A DNA stretch of 64,000 bases from Eledone cirrhosa. Taxonomy: Eukaryota. Below, piece by piece: positions 13,078 through 26,013 of this stretch. Both the position numbers and the translations under genes were made by a program. The stretch's first letter is position 1. Every line of letters begins with the position of its first letter. The stretch is taken from assembly GCA_964016885.1 (NCBI GenBank), contig OZ024742.1, positions 69,006,001-69,070,000 of the forward strand. Direction: 5' to 3'. The notes beneath the pieces are model-generated. The model saw only the letters and a list, made by a program, of their open reading frames with translations. It had not been told where the DNA came from and searched no databases.

Positions 13078-13675
13078 CCAGTTGGTGCTACTGGTAACAT
13101 GTATCCCAGTACAACCTGTCCCATGGTCGGGTCGTTGGCGACTAAACTGGCAACCCCACCAAGGTTTCTTGGTGAGGAGGGTGACTTTAGACATCCTGCA
13201 GGACTAAAAACAAAACCTGTCAAAGGGCAAAGGAGCTCTTAAGAGTCAATGGCCATCCAAAATCACCGGGAGAGATGACCCCCTTAGCCTTTGTCAAGGC
13301 AGAATTCTAAGAGAAGGAAAACTCTGATATAACACCTGCAACCCTGATGGTATCCAATGATGTTGACTTGTTTTTCTTTTTGGTAAATATCATCTTGGTT
13401 AAGAGAGTGGGACTGGTTTTGAGCAGTGCTTTTGTTCACTATAAAAGCTTCACGGCACAGGCATTGCTTTATATCTGGAGATCTCTCTGCACTTGTTATC
13501 ACATGGTACCATGGGCCCAGCACTATGTGTCAGTAATTGTCACAAGTGTAGTGTTTGTACCAGAGTTTTCAAGTCACTGGCTGGACTAAAAAGTCACACT
13601 CGTTCAGCGCATCGGTAGGGGTTCTCCTACATGGATATAAAGTAGTGGCCGTACTCAAAAACGAGTTGGCAGCCA

Positions 13676-13754
<79 letters not shown>

Positions 13755-13820
13755 AATGAAGTAATTCCGTCGGAAAAGTCCAGGAAAAAAGAGTGCTCTA
13801 TGTAGGTAACAGAGCTTAAT

Positions 13821-14070
13821 TATTATTATGTAATAAACAACATAAGGCAATTATTCCATTTACCAGTGGTTTCTTAAAAGCAAAAGATTTTGCTTTCAAT
13901 CCTCAGAATGAAAAAGTCCTGGTCTGTTTATTGAATTTGGATTTTAAAAACCAAATTCAATAAACAGACCAGGATTTTTTCATTCTGAGGATTGAAAGCA
14001 AAATCTTTTGCTTTTAAGAAACCACTGGTAAATGGAATAATTGCCTTATGTTGTTTATTACATAATAATA
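13821..14070. repeat. Near-perfect 250-bp palindrome (120-bp arms, 10-nt loop)
   Basis: 13821-13940 is the reverse complement of 13951-14070 with one visible mismatch. Confidence 0.92.
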
Positions 14071-14699
14071 TATATATATATATATATATAAAGAAATCGA
14101 AGTTTGAAAGCCACGACAATGCAAAATGGACGGGTAAACAAACAAATTGGATGAAACAAGAAAGTGTTTTTTACTTTAATTTATATATATGTTTTGATAT
14201 TTCGAGATTAAAATCTCTTCTTCCGAGGAAAATAAAACTGACTAATCCAGTATCCGATGCAGCGAGCTATATCATGCTGGCGCTTTATTATTATTTTTTT
14301 TTCAATCGCTTTTATTTAAAAATATTAAAGGTGTGGACAGGACACATAATTATTTCCCTTTAAATTTACACAGAGAGATATATACTAATACGCACTGACA
14401 TATACGCGCATACATACATGTGTGTGTAAGCACGCACACAAATACACATTTATGCATGGATATAATCCTGTAAAGACATGAATGCATATAGAAAATTTCT
14501 CACAGATAAATAATATGCTCGTATGCGGGCCCATGTGTAACCCTATGTGTAGAGTCCAGTAGCCTTCTATGTTAGGTGTTGTGTGCCGAGTTCTATGTTA
14601 GGTATGTTTCAAGAGGATATTTACTAGAGATATATGTGTCTGTGTTTGTGTGTGTGTGTCTATATATGAATACACAGTGACACTTATCTTATAATCTAC

Positions 14700-15900
14700 A
14701 GTTGTTGTCTTCCTGTTTCTTCTACAACAACTACAACGGTACGCGATGGGGCCCACCCACAGCTCCGGCGGACACAATGGAAAAAGCGTTTCTCCGGAGG
14801 ACGGCGAGGGAGACGCGCTGGAAGGGCCACTCCAACTCGCGGGGCTCACACCTGCGGCTGGCCAGCTCAGCGCCTATGGTGGTGAGTAAGGAGGTAGCCC
14901 TGGGACTGAGGACACCAGAAGTCTCCACTGCCAGGAGTACGACCGCGGGTTGGAGGACAGTGTCCTCTGAGGCAACCACTCTGACTGCGGCCGAGACATC
15001 ACCCATGATAAGCTTGGCGTTTACCTGGTCACGCAAACGCTTGGCGATCGCCTCGGGGGGTGGAGGATAGGGTACCTGAGGGAGGGGTGTGTGGCGTCCC
15101 TGGGCACGCTTGGAATGAGCGCTCGCCCAAAGGACGAAACATTGGCCTTGACAAAGGCTGCTGTTGACCGGCCGCCCCGTTCAGCGCCAGAGCTGTGGAG
15201 GCCGAGGGCAAGTGGGGCGAAATAAACAGCCGCTCCCAGTCACTGGCTCGATTGGAGTCCAGGGCGCTCTCAATCGAGGAAGCGAGGGCATCGGCTACCG
15301 GCACCCGTGCCGCTCTCGGGATCCTGAGTGGGATCTTCTGGAGCCGCCTGAGCCGAGCGATGTTGACCAGCGAGGGTTGGGCGCCAGGCAAGCTCGCTGT
15401 CCCAGCTGGTAGTGTGCCAGACGGCCGTGGATGGGAAGACGTGGGGAAGAGGCAGCTCCTGCACCTCCACGCTGCGAGGGCATTGGAAGCTCGACGAGTC
15501 AAGCCAACGCAGGTGAGGTGGTGGAAGCAGCCGCACCCCAAACAGTTCCGGCCCCTCTTCCATTTGTTAGTGATGCTGCAAGTGCTGCAGGTGTCGGCTT
15601 GGAGGGATGGGTGTGGGGCCGGGGACTGGGGCACCGAGCGGCATCAGGGGTGGGTGGCTGGCGTGTATGGGTGGAAGGGAAAGTGCTGGTAAGAGGGCCT
15701 CATAGCTGACCTATACATATAGAGGTGTCAGAAAATAAGAGAGAAAAGAAGGGGCTGCATGGAGGGGGACACACAGGAAGGTAGAATGTTAGTAAATGAA
15801 TGAGTGAATGGATGAATGTACAAACAAAGGGGGTTGTTCCGAGCGGAAATACCCAGAGTTCAGCACGCACACATGCGAGCAACTTAGCAGTTTGTCATAG
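14700..15900 (-). mobile_element. Internally deleted CRE-like element: PHD-like finger plus RLE C-terminus, no RT
   Basis: GC-rich island. CSTC..CLGCGCFHHLTC..WRCRSC; RIPRAAR..WERLF; KLIMGDVSAAVRVV joined directly to AVETSG..FQRVSLAVLRRNA. Confidence 0.75.
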
Positions 15901-17789
15901 GCCCTTGTGGCTGGAGGTGAGTCACTGATGCTGGGGTTGGCTTCCTCTTGTTAATGGTAGACTTGTTGATGTTAATGTCACAGTTGTTGTCGTTGCCTTC
16001 CTCCTGTTAATGGTGGTGGTAGATGAAACTGCTACCAATTCAGGCTGCCAGGCAGTATGCTGAGGCTCGAGTGCCTTCTTTTACCGAAGATGCGGGGTCG
16101 ATGTTATTATCCTGTTGCTGTCGCCTTCTTGACCGGAGATGCGGGTCAGTGGATTTCGGCATCATTTGGCAGCACAACGGCAAATAAATATATTCTCTTT
16201 TTTTTGGGGTGGGGGTGGGGGGTGGGGGGGGGGGTCTTTTCTTTCTCTCTGTCTAATCCGATTCAAATTATTTGGCAGTGAATTGGTGGTCGGTTTTGTT
16301 TTGTTTTGTTTTATGTTTCCATTTGTTTTTATTTATTTCTCTCGCTCTTCTCGTATGTTTCGGTGCGTTACATTTGTGAGGTTCCTAGCAGTTATTATTT
16401 GAGGTTATATTTCCATTCTGGATGTATTCCATCATAACAGTACATACTGCTTCCCACCATCATGGATTAAACTGCGAGTTAATGCCGCGAAAGTTTGACT
16501 ATTGGGTAATCAGATAATCCAAGCGTAAAATCATCAATGTAGATATGGATAGAGTCTAGTGGACTTGACAATGTGTTAGAAGTGATGAAGTAGCGTGGTA
16601 AATGTTTAAGATAACAATTCATTAACTCAAGAGGGTTGGTATCTGATGCAGGCAAATTTCCTTCAATGATGTCAGGATCAACATCTTTATGGGCTCCGCG
16701 TGTTGAGTTACGTATGGCGAACTATAATGTTTAATAATTCGCGACTAGTATAACAGCTCTGTACGGCTCTCATTCAATGGGATGAAAAAGCCTGTAAATG
16801 GGTATGCTTGCTCCAAGGAATGGCATAATATTAACATACCACATACATATATACACATACATGTATGCCCACGTACATATGTGTGTTGGTATGTCAAATA
16901 CACACATATATGTGTGTATATCCGTGTGGGGAGCAACATGTGTTGGTTTGTTTTTAATTTTTATTTCTTCTCTCTCTGATTAGAAAGATAGAAGAAATAA
17001 AAATTAAAAACAAACCAACACGTGTTGCTCCCCTGATTAAAAAAAAATTATTTGGCAGTGAATTGATGGTCGTTTTTTTTTTGTTTTTTTTTTGTCCCCC
17101 CTTCCTTTTATTTTGTTTCTTTCTCTGTTTTGGTGTGTTATATTTGTGAGGTTCCTATCAATCGTTAATAACATTTATTATTTGTGAATGCACAGGGTAA
17201 TTGCTGGCCTTGTGCCTAAAGTAGAAACAATTATTTGTGGTTATGTTTCCATTCTAGGATGTATTCCATCATAGCAGCACATTCTGATTCCAGGAATCTT
17301 GTATTAGACAGTGAATTAATGCCGCGAATGTTTGGAACGCAAAAGTATTTGAATAATGGGTAATCCAAGCGTAAGATCATCAATGTATGGTAAACAAATC
17401 TTAAATAGAGCTTGGAGCAGATATTACGTTAAGAGAACATTCAGACAGAGTGGATGTGGAAAAGTTGAAAATGTTTACCTCGTTGGGTGTTGAATTTGTA
17501 GTTCCAGAACATTTTTTTTTCAATCACAGGAAAGTGCACACACATACATATATGTATATATACAGGTACATATATTAATGAACTTGTATTTCACGTTAAA
17601 CACAAAGGGACATCAGTAAATATTAATAACGATATTTAGATATGAAAATATAGATGTACATATCTCTATTTCGGAGGTTATTTTTTTCCCCGTGTGTGTA
17701 GCAACACGTCGTTGTATGTGTTGCTGTTGACTCTAGCAGAGCCCAAGAAAACACGTCTATCCTTCAAGAACTTCTTAATTGTGTGCTTA

Positions 17790-18025
17790 ATTCTAGTCTA
17801 TTATTGATTTGTGGGTGTTTCCTGGCTATGATTAATGCTTCCTCAATTTTAAGGTTGCCTGGATTCCTTTCTCTTATTTCAACCTTAACTGTTATTTTTT
17901 TTGTAGTGTTTTGGGTTTCTCTAACTGTTTTTTGAATGACGAAGCATTAGTGTTAATGTGTTCCTTAATTCTGATATGTAGGTGTCCGGTGGTGCTGCCT
18001 ATATAGAAGCCACTACATTTATCAC
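17790..18025 (-). mobile_element. Penelope-like GIY-YIG endonuclease remnant
   Basis: CDKCSGFYIGSTTGHLHIRIKEH...LKIEEALIIARKHPQINNRLE. Confidence 0.8.
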
Positions 18026-18059
18026 ATTGGACTCGGTACACGACGTATACTTGATGGCA

Positions 18060-18740
18060 TATATCTGTTATTGATGGGGCAGTTGGCCAGTGTGCAGTGT
18101 CTGTCGCGGTCTTTAGGTCGTCTCCTAGATAGCTGTCCGCGTAATGAGGGCCCCGAGTGAGCTAGTTGCAAGTCGAGCCCTTCTCTTCGGATGGCCCTGC
18201 GGATGGCTGTTTCTGTGCCATCGACAGCTTTCGATTGGTCCAAGTTTATTAGTCTCCACCCTCGCCAGATTTCTTACTACCTCTCTATAAGGTATAGCAT
18301 GAGGTGGAGATTGTTGGGGATAGATCTGTTTGCGATGGAGCACATTTGCAAATCTCCAGCCAGACACTTCCACAACAAGCACCAACCTCTTTTCTAACGC
18401 CTTGGCCAAAACTTCGAACTCTGCATATAGCAGAATTATGGACCTAAAATTATAAATACGATCCCCGTGTTCGGGTCCTTTCTCAGCAGCACCACCATCC
18501 CCTGACTCACAGAACTAACAATTCTCCCGTTCTTCTTCCAGTAAGTGTACACGTCTGCTAAGGTGTCACCGAAAAGGTATGGCATGTAAACGGAAAGCTT
18601 ATTGGTCAGACCATCCAAAACCGGCGATTTGCCCCTCGTGCAACCAGTTATTGCCTCCTAAATTTCATGTATTTTCGGTCATTTGCAGCACTGTACCTCC
18701 GTTGCCTAGAATCGCGGAAGGCCGTCGAAGTAGGCACTTT
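18060..18740 (-). mobile_element. Degenerate Tx1/L1-like RT fragment
   Basis: MPYLFGDTLADVYTYWKKNGRIVSSVSQGMVVLLRKDPN, homologous to the ORF2 at 39988-43410. Confidence 0.8.
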
Positions 18741-19396
18741 AGTTCCTCCTATGATCCGGCACGTCGCTACTCCCGAGAAGTAGGCGTAGAGCGGCTATAA
18801 AGCTGAACACATCGGATTTTTTTACTAACTGCTTTGCCTGATTTACTTCCTGCTCGTTGTAATACTTTGCGACATCATCATAGGAAAACCACGTATGTAT
18901 TTGTTGTTTTACCGTGCCTACTGCCACACTCTTGGCTGCTGTGTTGGTGTTGATGTCTGTATCTGATTTGCAAGCTGGCTGATTTGTACATTTTCGTCGC
19001 AGTTGCTGTTGTTATTATAATAAATGTTGTACTTGTGGTGTCCATTGTCAATCGCAAAAGCCTTGGTTGGGTGTCGATGGTAATATCAGTTGTCAATTTG
19101 TAGGTGAGCTGTTTGTTTTCTTTTTGTCAATGTTGATGTTGTTGAAGCAATTTTTTTATTGACAATACCGCTTTTGTCGTTTAAAACAAAAATGAAGTGG
19201 TTTTTTTCGCATTTGATGGTTGAGAAACGTTGGTATCAACAAATATTTCTCTTCGCTTGTTGAGCGTTTGTCCCCGACACTTTGCAATGTAATACCGGTC
19301 TCTCTCTTTTTCTCTTCACATATCCATGATACATATATGTGGATCTCCCCACTTCTCACTCTCTCTCGCTATATTTCTCTTTATATATATATAAAG

Positions 19397-19488
<92 letters not shown>

Positions 19489-19522
19489 GGGAGATCCACA
19501 TATATGTATCATGGATACGAAA

Positions 19523-19564
<42 letters not shown>

Positions 19565-19670
19565 TTTCGTATCCATGATCCATATATGTTGATCTTTCCC
19601 ATTCTCAAAAGCGTGAACCTAATAAATTCATATTTGTACCGCCTCTCTGTTTTTGTTCCTGTCTAAGATT

Positions 19671-19717
<47 letters not shown>

Positions 19718-19722
<5 letters not shown>

Positions 19723-20960
19723 AACGAGTAGGACCCCGACGGCTGAGCTCAAGCCGTTTCGACGGCTAATTCTGGACTAAATGAAAATTTTTATCCTGGT
19801 ATATGAATAGCCGAGCTTCTCAGGGGGTAATTCCATATATGGTAAAAGTGATTGTCACAAGGATTGGTCAAAAGTTTGTTGTTGAGACATAATAATTCTA
19901 TCATGGCAATTTGTGGAGGGAAGTGGTAGCTGAACCTGCCAGTAGAAGAAAGAGGGAGAGGGGGTGGAGGAAACCCAGTCGTGCGTTGATAGTGCCAACT
20001 ACAGCTGGGCAGGAGGTCAAAGAAAATACTAGGGAGGGGGAGGGGGAGGAAGTCGAAACAATAAGTAAAACAATATGGGGTAAATATATAGAAAAATACC
20101 GAGAGTGTTAAAAAACAATTAAATGTAAAAAAAACAATTTCTGGTTACTATAACCTAAGGACAGCTATCAAATCTCTCACTGGTACTGCTAGACTAAAGA
20201 AAGGTTTACTAGGTGGGACGGAATTATAATGAGACCCTTTTAAGAGGTAGTAGTAATCAACCGAGTATATCTTACGGTGACGGGTCAACAAGTGGGGGGG
20301 GGGGGGGGGGGGGGGCAAAATACTAAAGAAACTACCACTAAATAATAATTCAGAGTCCCGAGACCAGTACGAAATAAAGGTTTCTACCCAAGGCACAAGG
20401 CCAGCAACCACCCAGTGCAAAAAAAATAAACTAATACGAAATAATAATTCAGAATCCCGAAAAAGAATACTAATACTATCTCTAAGGGTGCCGCCACGAT
20501 ACAAAAATTCTAGTGCAAACTACATAAATGCTCGTACGAAGTATATGTAAAATTTGATACGGAAAATTAATTCAGAATCCCCCCCCCCCCCAAAAAAAAA
20601 AAAATAAATACTGATATACGAGAAATTAAAGCAAAGATACCACTAAGAAATATAGAAAGCACGGAAAAGGGGCAGCCATCAGATAAGAAGGCAAGTATCC
20701 GGATCTAACACATCTGGTATAAAAAGCGGAGTCGGCCGAATCTATCATAGAATAGGGGAAGGGGGTGGGGGTACTGAGGCTACAAAGTACCCCCTGAGAA
20801 GCTCGGCTATTCATATACCAGGATAAAAATTTTCATTTACTCCAGAATTAGCCGACGAAACGGCTTGAGCTCAGCCGTCGGGGTCCTACTCGTTCCTATT
20901 ACCCACTCTACTACCCTAAGTATTGAGTACTTTGGTGCGTTATGGTCCACCTGGTTCCTT
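19718..20960. mobile_element. (TA)n-flanked non-coding element with ~112-bp inverted repeats that carry a hammerhead-like fold
   Basis: 19718-19829 is the reverse complement of about 20788-20899 with few mismatches. Confidence 0.75.
20787..20886 (+). ncRNA. Hammerhead-like fold with a variant core (CUGAGA)
   Basis: ACCCC-CUGAGA-A-[UCGGCUA..UAGCCGA]-C-GAAA-CGGCU..AGCCG-UC-GGGGU; mirrored on the minus strand at about 19731-19829. Confidence 0.55.
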
Positions 20961-20975
20961 ACCACATTTCTTTCG

Positions 20976-21025
<50 letters not shown>

Positions 21026-21027
<2 letters not shown>

Positions 21028-21720
21028 GTGTGAATATGAAAACAAACGTGCTGCGTGGTTACATATGAATAAAGTTAGTCCTTCATCAGTGATCTTCCAA
21101 CCATCATTGGTATTTCATCGCTTTAAAGACCATATACCTCCGGTTGGTGCGGGCAACGGCTAAAGAAAGTCGTTGGGACACGTAAATATGGGGAACGAGC
21201 GATAATGTAAACACACAAAGATGGTAAAGCAACGAAAAGTGAGGAAGAAAGAGTCAAGTCCCAGATTTCCATGAATATAAGTTCGGTGAAATCGTGAACG
21301 AGAGAGAATAAAGACCATCAAACCTAGCCGAAATGTGAGCAAGGAAGGAATTCCGCACAGGAGGAAGAAGGAGTCTAGTCCATGAATTCGGTGAACATAA
21401 CTTCTGTGAAATCGTAGACGAGACAGAGAAAAGGGGAACCAGCCTAGTCAAGCGTGCGAGAGAAAAGAATTACGCACAAGTCAAACGGGAGGAAGTAGGA
21501 GAGGTAGTAGCAGAGAGTGAGTGAGTGAAGGGTGAGGAAGAGGCTAACAGAGAGAGTGACTGTTAGAGAGGGTAAAGATACAGAGAAAGAGGAAGCAGTA
21601 AGAACGAAATAGACGGGTCATAGCGGGGGAAAATATATGTGTGAATATGAAAACAAACGTGCTGCGTGGTTGCAAATGGGTTACATATGAATAAAGTTAG
21701 TCCTACATCAGTGATCATGA
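21026..21720 (-). mobile_element. Element bounded by ~70-80-bp direct repeats (pLTR-like)
   Basis: ATGTGTGAATATGAAAACAAACGTGCTGCGTGGTT...CATCAGTGATC at 21026-21095 and 21638-21718; the minus strand has CTGATGAAGGAC. Confidence 0.55.
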
Positions 21721-21727
21721 GTATATG

Positions 21728-21760
<33 letters not shown>

Positions 21761-21779
21761 ATGTGTGTGTGTGTGTGTG

Positions 21780-21836
<57 letters not shown>

Positions 21837-22189
21837 ACAGCTGAAATAGATGTTGATTGTTTTGAATTTTTAGAGCTATCACGGTCCCAGTGGGGTGTCC
21901 TTCCGGAATTCAGAACCACGCCTGAAATTAGCATGTTTGTTTCTCTATGTTCCTATTAAAACCTTGAGCAAAATATTAGAACACGTAAACATTTCAAGGT
22001 TTTAGAAAGACGTACGGGAGCTGAGAAGAAACGTAGTTTTCACCCCAGTAATCATCATCAACAACAACAACAACAATATTAATGGTTTCTGATTTAGGCA
22101 CAAGGCGAACAATTTTTTTGGGGGATGGCAAGTCTATCAAACATACCTGAATGCGTTATTGGTACTTTATTTTATATATTAGTGCTTTT

Positions 22190-24400
22190 TTTGGTCCTAG
22201 GGCCGAAACATAAAGGACAAAAGAACAGGTACAGTGGGGATTTACATAAAAAAGTGTAAAAACATGGGAAAACAGGTAACAATAAATGAATAACAACAGA
22301 ATTCTTCAAAAGGGAAAAGCATCACCCAGAAGTAGTTTAGGAAGCCCACAGATCCGAAACCACCCCAATCGCTAAGGTGCTCCTATTTCTCACTGAACTC
22401 TCCAGCCTACAGGCGCATGATCAGAGTAGGTCCATTCACTCGGGCCATCCTGGCTTAATTCACAAACGTTTTAACAAATGCACTGGGATGGACGTGGATG
22501 TGGGGAAGCACTTCCTTCACCACCCTCATCTTCCTATGCAAGGGAAATTTGAAAAAGCGGATGAAGGCTTTACCGAAAAGGAAAGTGTTTTCAGGCCTTT
22601 CTGTCATATCTACCACCCAACATCTTTCACTACAGCCACCAGTCAGAGGAAAACGGCCAAAAGAAGATGGTCAGGCGATCTTCACGAAGGAGTCTATCGA
22701 TAACCGGATCCATTCCACCCGTAACCACAGGTGTTCGACAAAACTCCACAAGTAAGCAATGCCACAGGACGAGTTTGTGCAGAACAGTTTCGTCGAGCAC
22801 TTCAGGCAGGTTCGTCTGACAATACTTACATGCCTGTAGAATTTGTCTGAAAACGGCATTGCTTCCAGGTAGCTCTGTCAAGCCATGGATTTTATGGAAA
22901 TTACCTATAAGCCCCGGAACCGAAACTCGTCCGGAACAAACTAACTAGTCTGTCCTCGTTGACGCTAAGAATTTTATCAAGCATGTCGTCGCACTGCCCA
23001 CCACTAGTCCTCTAAAGTATGATAACGTGGAATTTCAACTGATCCCAGTACCCGATTGGTGAGATCCTGATAACATTCTATATGCCAGGTGACCACTCCC
23101 GGTCTTCACATGACCAAGAATTGCAGCTCACTCAAAGAAACAAGCTTCGGAAAGACCTATCTGATAAACTGGTACCACACCTCTTCACCGTCTATGAATA
23201 TCTGAAGAAACCGTAGCCTCAGCCTATGTTTTCGCATCAAACATGGCAAGCCCTGCCCTCCAGGCAAAGAGTGCTGACAGCAGATGGACTGCCTAACCAA
23301 TGGAATCTGTCACATCCACAAGAGGGTGAAGAGCAGGCGTGATGGTCAGGTGGTAATAGATGACAAAAGCGATGTACATCTCTACCCGAGCTTTCAGGGA
23401 TAGCTTACTCTTAACGCATCTCTGAGTATGGATGAGCACCTTGTCTCCTATCTGCCTAGATGACCGAATCAAACCAGACTCCAAGCAACTTGACGGATCC
23501 GTCCATCAAGCGTCCGACGACGTTGTTGAACGAGATGTATTTTCCTCTCCAGGTGCCGCGGTGCAAACCCACCGACGACTTTACCTGGTTGATTTATTCT
23601 CCCGTCAACATTCCATATTCCTCTAAGAAGTTACCGACCATCACGATTTCCGAAGTGTTCGATACCATCACAATGATGTCATCCTCATATGCCGACACAG
23701 CCCTTGCACGTCCCAGTTTGAGCGAAAAGCCCTGCATCAGCTCCAGCTTCTGCTGTATTGGCTCAAAAGTCAGCACACGTAGAAGGGGGGGGGGGGTTAG
23801 AGATATCCTTGCATGATCTAAAATGGTTTCGATATGTGGCCATTTACTCTGGCCACCGAGCTTCTGTCGCTGTGCATTTCAGCAGTCCAGCCCCAGAAGA
23901 CGCGACCGAAACGGCTGCCTTGAGGACATCCCCAAGTAGCGTTGCTGCTTGCGGAACTAGTGTATATTTTGTTGTTGATTTTATTGAAGTTGTTATTATT
24001 GTTGGGGCTATGGCATTGGCATTGCTATGGCATTGTTAGCAAGAGGGCCCTGTAGTTTCCTGTCTCCTGTTGAGGGAAAAAAGCTGTCAGGTGGCTCGTC
24101 TTCCCACATAAATGACAACATGGTTTTTTGTCCTCAACGACTACGTCTAAGAGGGACGTCAGTCGGTAGGTGAATAAGGTCAGGGCTATGTTTTTTGTTT
24201 TTTTTCGAGTTTTATGTGGAGGAGGACCTCTAAACATATCCCCTACCATTGTTCTCTCCGAGTACGCCTGTCTTCTAAAAGGGTATCACTACCTTATTGG
24301 ACCACACAGGCTAGGATCCACCAGATATACAATTCTGGTGGGATACCGGCGATCCTCACGCTTTACCGTTCTTCTTCCCTGGCACCATGAGTATAATATA
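22190..24400 (-). mobile_element. Degenerate Tx1/L1-like LINE (RT C-terminal half and 3' end, plus ORF1 fragment)
   Basis: SAYEDDIIVMVS, KLSLKARVE, DETVLH motifs parallel ORF2 39988-43410; many stops. Confidence 0.78.
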
Positions 24401-24479
24401 AATGACAGCCAAAATATCAATAATAGTTTTTAATATTAAATTTCGGAAATGAACACGCCAAGCTACCCACATACGTTCA

Positions 24480-25140
24480 TACCTACCTACCTACCTACCT
24501 ACTAACGTACCAACCTATCTTCCTACCTACCTACCTATCTTCCTACCTACCTACCTATCTTCCTACCTACCTACCTACCTACCTACCTACCTACCTACCT
24601 ACCTACCTACCTATATACCTACCTATCTTCCTACCTACCTGCCTACCTACCTATCTACCTACCTACCTACCTACCTACCTACCTACCTACCTACCTACCT
24701 ACCTATCTACCTACCTAACTAGCTACCTACCTACCTACCTATCTACCTACCTACCTACCTACCTACCTACCTACCTACCTATCTACCTACCTACCTACCT
24801 ACCTACCTACCTACCTACCTACCTACCTATCTACCTACCTATCTACCTGCCTACCTACCTACCTACCTACCTACCTACCTACCTACCTACCTATCTTCCT
24901 ACCTACCTACCTGCCTACCTACCTACCTACCTACCTACCTACCTACCTACCTACCTACCTACCTACCTACCTACCTACCTACCTACCTACCTACCTACCT
25001 ACCTACCTACCTACCTACCTACCTACCTATATACCTACCTATCTTCCTACCTATCTTCCTACCTACCTACCTACCTACCTACCTACCTACCTACCTACCT
25101 ACCTACCTACCTACCTACCTACCTACCTACCTACCTACCT
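24480..25140. repeat. (ACCT)n tetranucleotide array, about 660 bp
   Basis: Direct reading. Confidence 0.97.
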
Positions 25141-25189
25141 ACATACATGCATATATGCATATATACATACATACATAAAAATGAAATCA

Positions 25190-25680
25190 AATAGGGTGGA
25201 ATATGTTGAGACTGATGGCTCCACCAAATTAAAGCCCAATCGGCCTGATATTGTTGGTTCGGACCACGCATTAAAACATGCTCTTTTGTTGAAGTCAGCT
25301 GCCCGCTTGATGTTAATGTGGTAAGAAAAATGCAAGAGAAGGAGTATATCTACGAATCATTGATGAGGAATTTGCAGATCCAGTATCCAAGAGACACGTT
25401 CAGCTTCATACCCGTGATTATTGGAGCTACAGTTTATATACCAACCCACCTGGACCAAAGTATAACTGAACTTGGATTTGTGGAGAAAGAATGTGGCTCC
25501 TTAATTCATAAGCTACAAATATTCGCAATATTAGGACCCTTCAAGATTTGTAAAACATTCTTACGATTAAAAGGATGAATGCTTACACAAGAGATGACAA
25601 TAATATCGTTTTCTAAACACATTGCTACCGGGAAGATAGCCGGTAAAAAATTGATTCAAAATTAAGAGAAAGTGAGAACA
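25190..25680 (+). mobile_element. R4-like (RLE) LINE 3' fragment
   Basis: PNRPDIV...EKEYIY..L...FIPVIIGA; related to 61250-62620. Confidence 0.75.
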
Positions 25681-25935
25681 TACACACACACACACACACA
25701 CACACACTCATAATACATACATACATACATACATGGTGGCTGCCAACTCGTTTTCGAGTACGGCCACTACTTTATATCCATGTAGGAGAACCCCTACCGA
25801 TGCGCTGAACGAGTGCATACATACATACATACATACATACATACATACATACATACATACATACATACATACATACATACATACATTATATATACACACA
25901 TTCATACATACATGCAAATATCCATAAATACATAC

Positions 25936-26013
25936 CTGATGCGATTGGAAGCTTGTTCAAATCTTTTAGTACAGTATTAATGAAGTCCTGGTTTAAAGGT
26001 TTAACGAAGTCAT
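25936..26013 (-). CDS. Carboxylesterase exon 7 (DFVKPLNQDFINTVLKDLNKLPIAS)
   Basis: Phase-1 donor CAG|GTATGT joins exon 8 to give LPIASDIVKQEY. Acceptor ambiguous: phase-1 options start the exon at 26013 or 26070. Confidence 0.62.

Noticed and set aside
13984-14020. Hammerhead-like CUGAGGA-UU-GAAA in the palindrome arm
   Set aside because: No stem II and no stem I pairing; degenerate at best.
21839-21921. Possible extra esterase exon (TTTCAG|GCGTGG...GCT|GTAAAC, minus strand)
   Set aside because: The open reading would be phase 1 to 0, which breaks the exon 7-8 phase, and the peptide has no esterase similarity.
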